DNA from: an uncultured Acidobacteriaceae bacterium
GTDB lineage: Bacteria; Acidobacteriota; Terriglobia; Terriglobales; Acidobacteriaceae
DNA length: 64,000 nucleotides
Direction of reading: 5' to 3'
Assembly: GCA_963838315.1 (NCBI GenBank)
Contig: CAWIQW010000021.1
Location: 72,561-136,560 of the forward strand
The notes below the pieces were generated by a model, which was not told where the DNA came from, did no database searches, and saw nothing but the letters and a program-made list of their open reading frames with translations. This document shows positions 36,786 to 45,740 of this stretch, piece by piece (the stretch's first letter is position 1; every line of letters starts with the position of its first letter). The position numbers and the translations under genes are program-made.

Positions 36786-39700
36786 CTAGAAATTCAGCCG
36801 CATGGATAATTGCACCTGGCGCGGTGCATAAGCGCTCGTAGCCTTCATAAAACTTGTAGGCTGCTGATAATAAGCCGGATAGTAAGTGTCCCCTGCCAAT
36901 TGTGTATATTTTACGAACTGTCCCGCCGAATCGTAGAACCCACTATCGGAAACCGTGTATCTCTGATTATCGCGATTGAAGAGGTTGTAGGAATCTCCCA
37001 TCAACTCCATCCGCCAATGTCCCGCGAGCTTGATTTTTCGCACCAGGCGTAAATCCATGGTCGCATAGTCGGGTCCTTGAAATGCATTTCGCCCGTATCC
37101 CGAAAGACGGTCGTTGTCTGTGTTTCCGTCCTGATTCGGATCGCCGGAGACCGAAGCATTAGCCGGACGCCCTGACCCGTAAGTCATAATTCCTGAAACT
37201 CTCCAATGGTTAAACACCGGCGCCAGAATCGTACGGCCCGAAGCAAATAAATGCGGCTCCTCGATCAATGCGATCGTCAACCGGTTCCGCTGATCGGTCA
37301 CGCTCGGCCCCCGTTCACTATTCGCCGCGTATGAATTTTGCACGGTCGCGGGTTGTCCGGCCACCAGCGCATCCTGGCCATCGTCGATCGCGTGCGCCCA
37401 CGTGTAGGAAAGGCGGAAACTCATCCCGCGGGACATCCGCTTGTTCAGCGAAACCGTCAACCCGTGATACACGCTCGAGGCCGCGCTCTCATACTGGTCG
37501 ACCGCGCCCAGCTGCGCCATCGGCCTCTGCAACACATTAATGCACGGAGGGAATGGACAGCTGATGGCATAACTGTTTTGCCACGTCGCAAACGACTCGA
37601 CGTTATAAAACGCATTTTGAAAAGTTGTCCCTGTAGGATCGAAGATGGGATAGCTATAGAGATTCGGCGCCGGAAGATTCACATCGCGCGCCCGGATCAT
37701 GTCAATCCCGTGCACATACAAATAGGAAATTTCGCCGGTTACGCCATCGCCGAATTCCCGCTCAAGGCGCAAGCTCGCTTGCAGCACTCTCGGCGTTTTG
37801 AACAGAGGATCGAAAGCTGCAACCTGGCTCGTCGCATATTGTTGCCAGGCCGCCGGCAGCGCGCATGTCGAGGGTCCCCGCGCGCAATTCACCGCCGCAC
37901 TGGGATACGCCGGAAATACCAGGTTGTCGTAGTAATTCGTGTTATCGAGCGAGATAAATTGGTCGGAGATGCCGTTGTTACTCATCACCGTGGACTGATA
38001 GATCTGGGGAATCCTCGTGTAGAACATCCCCACTCCCGCCCGCACCGCCACTGGCCTCTGGTCGCCGATCGCATAAGCCAGCCCGAACCGGGGCGCAAAG
38101 TTCTTATCGGGCGCCGGTATTCTCCCCGTCGCAGGCCATTGCGGGTTCGCAATCATCCCGGCTCGCCCGAAGGTCTGCAGGTCGTAGCGCACACCCAGAC
38201 TGCCTGACAGACGCGACGTGACTCGCACCGTATCCTGCACAAACGCCGCATAGTCGTTGCTATCGGGATGCGTCACCGGATCGCCGAAGTTTTGCTCGTA
38301 GTAACGCGGTACGCCATGCGCCCACGCTCTTAGCGGAGATAACTCCAGCCCCCCATGCATGGGAGCGAATGTCCATGGGTTCACCGAAATGTAGTCGTAG
38401 ATGTATTCGCCCGAGTAGAGCGACGGAAAATAGTTGTAATCCCAGGTCCGCATCGCATCCGCGCCAAACTTCCACTCATGCCGTCCCCGGCTCGCGCTCA
38501 CCGTTTCTGCCAGGTGCAGCCTGTGCTCGCGCGTCTGCCTCGGCAAAATCGAAGACTCTCCCAGATCGCCGATCCAGTCATAGATTTTCGCGTTGGGCGT
38601 GAACGAGTTCGCAAACGATCGCTCCGCGTCGCTCGAGAATTGCGCTCGCAGGTGGCTCGTCCACCTGGGCGTCAGGCTGCTCAGCAGCGTCAACGTTGCG
38701 CTCTCGGTCGCCACCTTCTCTTCCCCGTTCCCGCCGATGGAGTCATTGGTGATCGGGCTCCCCGGATCGAAAAACACATTGTTCATGCCATCCGAGCGCG
38801 ACATGCTCAGCCGCACCGATAACAACTCATGCTCCGCCAGCACGCGGTCCAGTTTCAGAAATCCAGTCTCCCCCAGCAGCCGCGCCGGAAACGTACCCCC
38901 ACGCGTCGAAAGCTGCGCCGCCGACGCCATGACCAGCGGTTCGTCGCACGCCACCCCTCCGATCGCGGGATCGCAAATCGCGTAATCCGGGGGAGTCGGA
39001 TAAGTCCCTAACTGCGGCACCACCGCGGTCTGCCCGTTATCGAACTCCACCACCGTCGGGATATGAAGAATGTGCTGGTCGTAGCCAGCAAACACAAACA
39101 TCTTATTGCGCTCGATCGGCCCGCCCAGCGTAGCCCCGAACTGGTGCTGTACGTTGCTCGGATCGAATCCCAGGAACGCCGGCGCCGCCCCTCCCAGTGC
39201 GCTGTCCCGCAGCTTGTAAAAAGAGCTTCCATGCCACGTGTTCGATCCCGACTTGGTCACTACATTCACCACCGCGCCGCCCGACCGTCCCGATTCCACC
39301 CCATAGCTGTTCGACGACACTCGGAACTCCTGCACCACCTCATCCGAAAACTGATAGGGCGCTCGATACCGTCCCACCGCCTGCGCGTAAAATCCGTTGT
39401 TGCTGTCGGCCCCGTCCACCAGGTAGCTGGTGTTGTATCCCCGGATCCCGCCATAAGAAAGATCGCCATTGGATCCCGAAGTCAGATCCCGCGGATCCTG
39501 TGTCACTCCCGGCGTCAGTAGCAGCAGATCGGTGAAGCGCCGCCCGTTCAACGGCAGATTCGCGATTTCATTCTCATCCAGCCGCGCCGAAGCCGCGGTC
39601 GGACTGGTATCCACCGACGGGGCAGCCGCCGTCACCGTAACCGTTTCTTTGGGGCCGCCCACGGAAAGCTTGAACGTTAACTGCGCCGCGGCTCCCACCT

Positions 39701-40169
39701 CCACCCGAATCACCGGAGAAATCTGCGGCGACATGCCCTCCGCCTCCGCTCGCGCCGAATAGTTCCCCGGCGGGAGCAGGTCCACCACAAACCGTCCCAT
39801 CATGTCGGTGGCCGTGTGGTAGCGCACTCCAGTCTCCACGCAAATTGCCACAATGTCCGCATTCGTCACCGCCGTTCCCTGCGCATCCAGCACGCTTCCA
39901 CGCAGCGCCCCGGTCGACGCGTCCTGCGCCCACGACACGTCCACAATAAAAAGAGCAGGCAGGAAAATTCCAGCGCAAAGGATTAAACAGAAGAGACAAA
40001 TCCGCGACCAAAGGCTGCGGGAGGTCGTGCGCAGCTTGCCGCGCCAAAGAACCTGGCAGCAGAGAATCCGGCAACATAGAATGTCACAACGAATCTTCTC
40101 CCAGTTTAGGCTGTCAAAATTAAGACGTTTGCGAATCGAAACCAGAAGTGACGGCGTGCCCCGTTCCAT
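36786..40169 (-). CDS. TonB-dependent receptor with an N-terminal CarboxypepD_reg domain
   Basis: GALRGSVLDAQGTAVTNADI...PPGNYS (Cna-B/CarboxypepD_reg-like). Plug motifs NGRRFTDLLLLTPGV. A long beta-barrel ends in ...QLSMRLNF (terminal Phe). The true start is probably downstream of 40169. Confidence 0.88.
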   Translation of the reverse strand: MERGTPSLLVSIRKRLNFDSLNWEKIRCDILCCRILCCQVLWRGKLRTTSRSLWSRICLFCLILCAGIFLPALFIVDVSWAQDASTGALRGSVLDAQGTAVTNADIVAICVETGVRYHTATDMMGRFVVDLLPPGNYSARAEAEGMSPQISPVIRVEVGAAAQLTFKLSVGGPKETVTVTAAAPSVDTSPTAASARLDENEIANLPLNGRRFTDLLLLTPGVTQDPRDLTSGSNGDLSYGGIRGYNTSYLVDGADSNNGFYAQAVGRYRAPYQFSDEVVQEFRVSSNSYGVESGRSGGAVVNVVTKSGSNTWHGSSFYKLRDSALGGAAPAFLGFDPSNVQHQFGATLGGPIERNKMFVFAGYDQHILHIPTVVEFDNGQTAVVPQLGTYPTPPDYAICDPAIGGVACDEPLVMASAAQLSTRGGTFPARLLGETGFLKLDRVLAEHELLSVRLSMSRSDGMNNVFFDPGSPITNDSIGGNGEEKVATESATLTLLSSLTPRWTSHLRAQFSSDAERSFANSFTPNAKIYDWIGDLGESSILPRQTREHRLHLAETVSASRGRHEWKFGADAMRTWDYNYFPSLYSGEYIYDYISVNPWTFAPMHGGLELSPLRAWAHGVPRYYEQNFGDPVTHPDSNDYAAFVQDTVRVTSRLSGSLGVRYDLQTFGRAGMIANPQWPATGRIPAPDKNFAPRFGLAYAIGDQRPVAVRAGVGMFYTRIPQIYQSTVMSNNGISDQFISLDNTNYYDNLVFPAYPSAAVNCARGPSTCALPAAWQQYATSQVAAFDPLFKTPRVLQASLRLEREFGDGVTGEISYLYVHGIDMIRARDVNLPAPNLYSYPIFDPTGTTFQNAFYNVESFATWQNSYAISCPFPPCINVLQRPMAQLGAVDQYESAASSVYHGLTVSLNKRMSRGMSFRLSYTWAHAIDDGQDALVAGQPATVQNSYAANSERGPSVTDQRNRLTIALIEEPHLFASGRTILAPVFNHWRVSGIMTYGSGRPANASVSGDPNQDGNTDNDRLSGYGRNAFQGPDYATMDLRLVRKIKLAGHWRMELMGDSYNLFNRDNQRYTVSDSGFYDSAGQFVKYTQLAGDTYYPAYYQQPTSFMKATSAYAPRQVQLSMRLNF

Positions 40170-40304
40170 ACCAATCCCCTCGCGTTCGAGACTAGGAACC
40201 GGAGGGGATTCCTGAAATCCTTAACCTCTATATAGCAAACTGCGCGCCGCGAAAATGTGACCGGCGCACAAGAAAAATGTTCGGTTTCCCAAGAAAGCAC
40301 AGAC

Positions 40305-40356
40305 TGTAGCGCCGGCGCCTCGCCGGCCGCCCCGAGCGCGACCCGCGCTCGGTGCC
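40305..40356 (+). repeat. REP-like double-hairpin element, copy A
   Basis: TGTAGC-GCCGGCG-cct-CGCCGGC-cgcc-CCGAGCGCG-acc-CGCGCTCGG. A near-identical architecture occurs at 47553..47600. Confidence 0.5.
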
Positions 40357-40459
40357 ACCAGCAGAAATCTCTCCTAAATCCCGGCCACGTCCTACCCTGA
40401 TCACCCCCGTTCCCCGCATCTAATTCCACATGCTACCCTCATCACCGGAGAACAGAACC

Positions 40460-41455
40460 ATGGTGAAGCCCTTCGCCAAGCTGCCAGCGCCGCTTCTCTC
40501 GATCTTCACTCTGACGATCTTGCTTGGCATGCCCCACGCCGCCCGCGCCGCCGATCACGGCACCATCGTTCGCGAGGCCATCATCTACCTGTCGCCCGAT
40601 TCGAACTCTCACAAGCTGGCCCAGGCCGAGCGCGGACGTGAAATCATTCTCCTCGACAAAAGCCGCAACTGGGTTAGCGTCGAAGCGCTCCTCGGCTACG
40701 CCAATAACCCGGACCCTTACTTTGTCGAAGACGAAGAAGCCGACCAGAAAACCGTCACCGGGTGGATTCTCGACCTTGGCGTAGTCTGGCCTTCCACTCC
40801 CAATGGCGACCGCATCATCTTCGGCTGCGCCGTAGACTCCGAAGACGAGGCCAGCCGCAGCCACGGACGCCGCGGCGCCGCCCAGGACGCGCTCCGCCTC
40901 TACCGCCGCGTCTACGACATTTTTCCCAACTCGCCCCTCGCCGCCGAGGCGCTCTATCGCGCCGCCGACATCAAGTGGCAGATCGACAAAGCCGACTATT
41001 CCTCCCGCCCCTCCGCTCATCAAAAGGAATCCTTCTACCGCCAGCCCATCGACGAACAACAGATGAAGCTGGTCATGAAGAAGTTCCCAGGCACGAAATG
41101 GGCCGAGTTAGCCAGCTACCACCTTATCGACAACAAGCTCTGCGGAGACTGGCAGGGTTCCTCAAAATGTCCCGACAAGGAAGCCGACATTTACGAAAGA
41201 TACGTGAAAGAGCACGCCCAGTCGCCTTCGGCTCCCGAAGCCCTATACAACGCTGCTTCCCGGCGAGCGGCGCTGATCGAGATCTACAAGACGGAAGACC
41301 AATCCAAGAAGTCCGACAAATCCAAAGAAGAAGCCATCACCCTTGCCCAGCAGCTAATCTCCCAATACCCGCAAAGCGACTGGTCTTCCCGCGCACAGAC
41401 CCTGCTCTACCTGGTCCAGCAAGGCATCCCCACTTTCGGCAACACGGTCCAATAA
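40460..41455 (+). CDS. secreted SH3b plus TPR-like (YbgF/BamD-like) protein
   Basis: Signal peptide MVKPFAKLPAPLLSIFTLTILLGMPHAARA. SH3-like GTIVREAIIYLSPDSNSHKL...WVSVEA. Helical repeats (AEALYRAADI.., APEALYNAA..). Confidence 0.6.
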   Translation: MVKPFAKLPAPLLSIFTLTILLGMPHAARAADHGTIVREAIIYLSPDSNSHKLAQAERGREIILLDKSRNWVSVEALLGYANNPDPYFVEDEEADQKTVTGWILDLGVVWPSTPNGDRIIFGCAVDSEDEASRSHGRRGAAQDALRLYRRVYDIFPNSPLAAEALYRAADIKWQIDKADYSSRPSAHQKESFYRQPIDEQQMKLVMKKFPGTKWAELASYHLIDNKLCGDWQGSSKCPDKEADIYERYVKEHAQSPSAPEALYNAASRRAALIEIYKTEDQSKKSDKSKEEAITLAQQLISQYPQSDWSSRAQTLLYLVQQGIPTFGNTVQ

Positions 41456-41460
41456 ATATT

Positions 41461-41537
41461 GTCATCCGAGCGAGGCTGCAACTTAACAAAAACTGAAGAT
41501 GTCATCCTGAGCGTAGCGGCAACTTCGCAACGCGAAG
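41461..41537 (+). repeat. tandem pair of GTCATCC(T)GAGCG-type intergenic repeats plus a hairpin
   Basis: GTCATCCGAGCGAGGCTGCAACTT at 41461 and GTCATCCTGAGCGTAGCGGCAACTT at 41501. A hairpin CTTCGC-aac-GCGAAG lies at 41523..41537. A third core, GTCATCCTGGGCG, is at 60708..60720. Confidence 0.4.
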
Positions 41538-41655
41538 TCGCCGAGGAGTCGAACGATCCCTACTGGCACACGAAGCCTGGCTTCTTCCCGCAGCGAACGC
41601 ATAACTCAAACGTTCCCGAAATGTTATGCTGGTTCCCTTCCAGCCAGGGCACAAC

Positions 41656-43644
41656 ATGAAAACCAACGCGTTCCTGCTATCGTCAATCGCCATACTCCTC
41701 GGCTTCTTTTCGTCCGCACCTGTAGCATCCGCTCAGCCGACAACAACGGCCGCCCCCATCACGATCAAAGTGACAGACCAGAACGGAGCCATAATCCCAA
41801 ACGCGCAAGTCGAGATTCTTCCAGCGCCCACTCCCGAGAAGCTGCACACCTCTCAGGAGGGCAAGCTAACCGTCACTCTGAATCCCGCCGCGTACTCATT
41901 AACCGTGACTCAACAGGGCTTCACGAAGTTTCATAGGTCGCTCCTGGTTCAAGCCTCAACCAGCCAGACCGTCAGCGTCGTCCTGCAGATTGGGAGTTGT
42001 CCCCCGGATTGCATCGTCGTGGAAAGCGAGCTTAATGGGCCTGAGGTGATCGACAGCCCCTCGCTCACCGGTGAAATCTCCCCCGCTCCCGCCTCCAATT
42101 TCGACGGCACCTCGTGGTGGAACCACGTCAAATTCCTGGCCGATGACAAACTCGAAGGCCGCGACACTGGCAGCCGGGGCGAGCGCGAAGCGCAGAAATA
42201 TGCCGTCGAGCAACTCAAGAAAGCAGGCGCAGAGCCCGCAGGAGTCAAAGGTTTCTACCAGCCCGTCAACTTCGTCTCCCGCCAGATCGTCGAAAAAGAT
42301 TGCAGCCTCACGCTAGTTCACGACGGCAAACGGGAGCCGCTCGTCCTCGGAGAAGACGCCATCATCGGCACCCGCGTCATGCCTGCGCCCGAAGTCAGCG
42401 CGCCTCTGGTTTTCGCCGGATACGGCCTCAAAGTTCCCGAGAACAATTACGACGACTTCGCCGGCCTCGACCTCAAGGGCAAGATTGTTGTCATCTTCAG
42501 CGGATCGCCCGCCCAGCTTCCCGGAGCGCTAGCCTCGCACTATTCAACCGCCGCCGAGCGCTGGAAGACCCTCCGCGCCGCCGGAGCAATCGGCATGGTC
42601 TCGCTCATCAATCCCGCCTCCATGGATATCCCATGGTCGCGCATCGCGCTCAATCGCGCCCACCCCTCCATGGATCTCGATTACGCCGAGTTCAACGAAA
42701 CCGAAGGCGAAAAATTAACCGCCACCGTGAATCCGGCCAGCGCAGAGAAACTCTTCGCCGGCTCCGGCCACACTTTCGCCGAAATCGCCGCCCTCGGCAA
42801 AGACCGCAAGCCCCTCCCGCATTTTCCGCTCGCTGTTTCGCTGGAAGCCAAAACGCAGGTCGAAGTCACCAAAATAAAATCCGCCAACCTCGTCGCCAAA
42901 ATCCCCGGCAGCGACCCCGCACTGAAAGAGGAGTACGTCGTCCTCTCCGCCCACCTCGATCACATCGGAATCGGCGAGCCCATCAACGGCGACCGCATTT
43001 ACAATGGCGCGATGGACAACGGTTCGGGCAGCGCGCTGGTCCTCGACATGGCGTCCAGTTTCAAACAGCATCCCGAGAAGCTGCGCCGCTCGATCCTGCT
43101 GGTATTGGTCACCGGAGAGGAAAAAGGTCTGCTGGGCTCCAAGTATTTCGCCGCCCATCCAACCGTCCCCGCCGACTCCATGGTCGCCGACATCAACGTG
43201 GATATGTTTCTGCCCATCGTCCCGCTCAAGATCCTGACCGTCGAAGGCCTGCAGGAGTCCGACCTCGGTGACCGCGTAAGCCGGATTGCCATGTCGCTAG
43301 GTGCGAAAGCCCAACCAGATCCCGAACCCCAAAGAAATCTCTTCATCCGCAGCGATCAATACAATTTCATCCGCCACGGCGTCCCTTCGATCGCCATGCA
43401 TCTCGGGTACGAGCCCAACTCCCCCGAGCAAAAGCTGTTTAAGGATTGGCTTACCCAGCGCTACCACGCTCCATCCGACGACGTGAATCAACCCGTCGAC
43501 CTGGCCGCCGCTGCCAAATACGAAGAGATCGTCCGCCGCTTGCTCATCAACGTAGCCGACGACACGCAGCCTCCGCGCTGGAAACCCGACAGTTTCTTCC
43601 GCCGCTACGCAAACGAACCGGCGCCAGCGCCCATGGTTCACTGA
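41656..43644 (+). CDS. M28-family metallopeptidase with N-terminal CarboxypepD_reg-like and PA domains
   Basis: Signal peptide MKTNAFLLSSIAILLGFFSSAPVASA. Also ITIKVTDQNGAIIPNAQVEI, and the Zn-ligand motifs GAMDNGSGSALVLDMA and VTGEEKGLLGSKYF. Confidence 0.85.
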   Translation: MKTNAFLLSSIAILLGFFSSAPVASAQPTTTAAPITIKVTDQNGAIIPNAQVEILPAPTPEKLHTSQEGKLTVTLNPAAYSLTVTQQGFTKFHRSLLVQASTSQTVSVVLQIGSCPPDCIVVESELNGPEVIDSPSLTGEISPAPASNFDGTSWWNHVKFLADDKLEGRDTGSRGEREAQKYAVEQLKKAGAEPAGVKGFYQPVNFVSRQIVEKDCSLTLVHDGKREPLVLGEDAIIGTRVMPAPEVSAPLVFAGYGLKVPENNYDDFAGLDLKGKIVVIFSGSPAQLPGALASHYSTAAERWKTLRAAGAIGMVSLINPASMDIPWSRIALNRAHPSMDLDYAEFNETEGEKLTATVNPASAEKLFAGSGHTFAEIAALGKDRKPLPHFPLAVSLEAKTQVEVTKIKSANLVAKIPGSDPALKEEYVVLSAHLDHIGIGEPINGDRIYNGAMDNGSGSALVLDMASSFKQHPEKLRRSILLVLVTGEEKGLLGSKYFAAHPTVPADSMVADINVDMFLPIVPLKILTVEGLQESDLGDRVSRIAMSLGAKAQPDPEPQRNLFIRSDQYNFIRHGVPSIAMHLGYEPNSPEQKLFKDWLTQRYHAPSDDVNQPVDLAAAAKYEEIVRRLLINVADDTQPPRWKPDSFFRRYANEPAPAPMVH

Positions 43645-43660
43645 TCTACCGGCATTTTTT

Positions 43661-44902
43661 ATGCTGCACGACCTTTTAAGCGAGTCCTACAACGCCATGC
43701 GCCACGACCGCCGGCGTGCGGCCCTCACCATGCTCGGCATGGCGTGGGGAATCGCCACCGTGGTCATGCTGCTCTCCTATGGAGACGGTTTCGGCCGGGC
43801 CATTACCAACATCATGGCCAACTTCGGCACGAAACTTTTCATCCTCAAGCCCGGACGCTCGACCATGCAGGCCGGAGGCCAGAAGGCGGGAACACTCGTT
43901 CGCTTCACGCTCGACGATGTGGATCTGCTTTCCAGCAATATCCCGCAGATCAGCCACATCACTCCCAGTTGCTCCAAACAGGCGACCATCCAGTACGAAA
44001 ACCGCTCCTACAGCATGGACGTCAATGGCGAGTATCCGAATACCCTCGCCATCCGCGTTCTTACCGTCGCCCAGGGACGCTTCTACAATGCCGAGGATCA
44101 GATCCAGCGCGCCCGCGTCGCCGTCATCGGCTCCGAGACCAGGGAAAAACTCTTCTCCGGGCGCAACGCCATCGGCGAGCGCATCCGGATCGACGGCATC
44201 GCCTTTGAAGTAATCGGCGTGCTCGCCGCCAAAATGCAGCAAGGGAACGACAACGACAATCGCGTCGTCTACGTGCCCTTCACTACCATGGGCGACCTGA
44301 AAGACACGCACTATCTCGACACCATCTGGTTTAACTACCAGGCTCCCGACTACGGACGGATCGAACAGTCGGTGCGCTATATCCTGGCGGACCAGCACCG
44401 GTTCAATCCTGGGGATCGGCGCGCTGTCCTGATCATTAACGTGATGGAGCAGGTCCACCTGTTCGAAATGATCGCGCTCGGCCTGAAGGTCCTGCTGGGA
44501 TTCATCGGCACCCTCACCCTCGGCATCGGCGGAGTGGGGCTCATGAACATCATGCTGGTTTCAGTAACGCAACGCACCCGTGAGATTGGAGTCGAGAAGG
44601 CCCTGGGAGCGCGCCGCCGCCACATCTTCCTCCAGTTTCTGGCCGAAGCCCTCACCATTACTTTCGTCGGAGGGCTGTTCGGAATAATCCTCGCCTATGT
44701 GGTTGCATTCACCGTCGGCCGCCTTACCCTGTACAGTGCGATGGCCAAGAATGCTGAGGCGGGAGACATTCGGCTCATTATCGATCCTTACATCCTGTTC
44801 GTGGCGATTTTGATTCTCAGCGCAGTAGGATTAATCAGCGGGATGGTCCCTGCCATTCGCGCTGCGCGCCTCGATCCGATCGAGGCCTTACGCTACGAAT
44901 AA
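43661..44902 (+). CDS. MacB/FtsX-type ABC transporter permease (no ATPase partner in the window)
   Basis: N-terminal TM helix, periplasmic MacB_PCD-like region, and a C-terminal FtsX domain with VTQRTREIGVEKALGARRRHI. Confidence 0.85.
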   Translation: MLHDLLSESYNAMRHDRRRAALTMLGMAWGIATVVMLLSYGDGFGRAITNIMANFGTKLFILKPGRSTMQAGGQKAGTLVRFTLDDVDLLSSNIPQISHITPSCSKQATIQYENRSYSMDVNGEYPNTLAIRVLTVAQGRFYNAEDQIQRARVAVIGSETREKLFSGRNAIGERIRIDGIAFEVIGVLAAKMQQGNDNDNRVVYVPFTTMGDLKDTHYLDTIWFNYQAPDYGRIEQSVRYILADQHRFNPGDRRAVLIINVMEQVHLFEMIALGLKVLLGFIGTLTLGIGGVGLMNIMLVSVTQRTREIGVEKALGARRRHIFLQFLAEALTITFVGGLFGIILAYVVAFTVGRLTLYSAMAKNAEAGDIRLIIDPYILFVAILILSAVGLISGMVPAIRAARLDPIEALRYE

Positions 44903-45039
44903 AGCAGCGTAGATTGCAACCTGGCGGCAGACTGATAAACTCCTTTGTCTTCTTGAACAATCCCACGCAACATTCGCAACACATTGGGGTTATTCTTGGC
45001 AGACGAGAGTGAAGTCAATTGGGATAAGGAGACTCAAAA

Positions 45040-45576
45040 ATGAAAAAGCTGATTGGCATCTTGGGAATTTGCTTCCTGTTTTCTCTCTCGGCTGCGGCAC
45101 AGCATGAGAGCCATCAAGGCGGCGGCCGGCCCGAAGTCGGTGGCGGACGCCAGAACATTCCATCTCACGGTCCCGCCCGCCTCAAGACTCCTGCCCCGGT
45201 TCAGGAAAACCGGCAGTTCAGCGAGAAGCAGGGCCATCCTAACGCTCCCCACGTGGACCGGGGTAAGACATGGGTGGGGCATGACACCGGTCGCGACGAC
45301 GCTCATTACCACCTGGATCATCCGTGGGAGCATGGCCGCTTCACCGGCGGATTTGGACGTGGCCACGTGTGGCGGCTCGGCGGAGGAGGTCCCAACCGCT
45401 TCTGGTTCGGCGGATTCTACTTCTCGGTTGCTCCGTACGACATCGGCTTCTGCGATGGATGGCTGTGGGATTCCGATGAGATCGTTATCTACGAAGACCC
45501 CGACCACATCGGCTGGTATCTGGCTTACAACGTCCGCCTCGGAACCTACGTCCATGTGATGTATCTGGGAGCATAG
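45040..45576 (+). CDS. secreted His/Gly-rich hypothetical protein
   Basis: AAGGAGA RBS and signal peptide [21 protein letters not shown]. Competing ORFs in other frames lack both. Confidence 0.6.
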   Translation: MKKLIGILGICFLFSLSAAAQHESHQGGGRPEVGGGRQNIPSHGPARLKTPAPVQENRQFSEKQGHPNAPHVDRGKTWVGHDTGRDDAHYHLDHPWEHGRFTGGFGRGHVWRLGGGGPNRFWFGGFYFSVAPYDIGFCDGWLWDSDEIVIYEDPDHIGWYLAYNVRLGTYVHVMYLGA

Positions 45577-45740
45577 TGGCGGAGTTCAGGGTCTCGTGTG
45601 CGATTGGCTTAGGTTGGGTGGTGACGTGGCCGTGGCCCCTGCAAAGCGGGCCGCGGACCCGCCACCACCCAATCATGCCCCCGGCGGGAGTTTCCCCTTC
45701 GGGCTGGCGCAGAATGCCCCGCAATGGGACAATAGAAAAT

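Noticed and set aside
42300-43271. 323-aa Arg-rich plus-strand ORF inside the M28 peptidase gene; similar out-of-frame or antisense ORFs at 58270..59157, 59802..60671, 62506..63393, 43676..44458 and 17762..18628
   Set aside because: All overlap genes with strong motif support in another frame or strand, and all translate to Arg/Pro/Gly-rich sequences. They are shadow ORFs.
45034-45559. Alternative ORFs (minus strand 45034..45555, plus strand 45053..45559) competing with 45040..45576
   Set aside because: Only the 45040 frame has an SD (AAGGAGA) and a canonical signal peptide.
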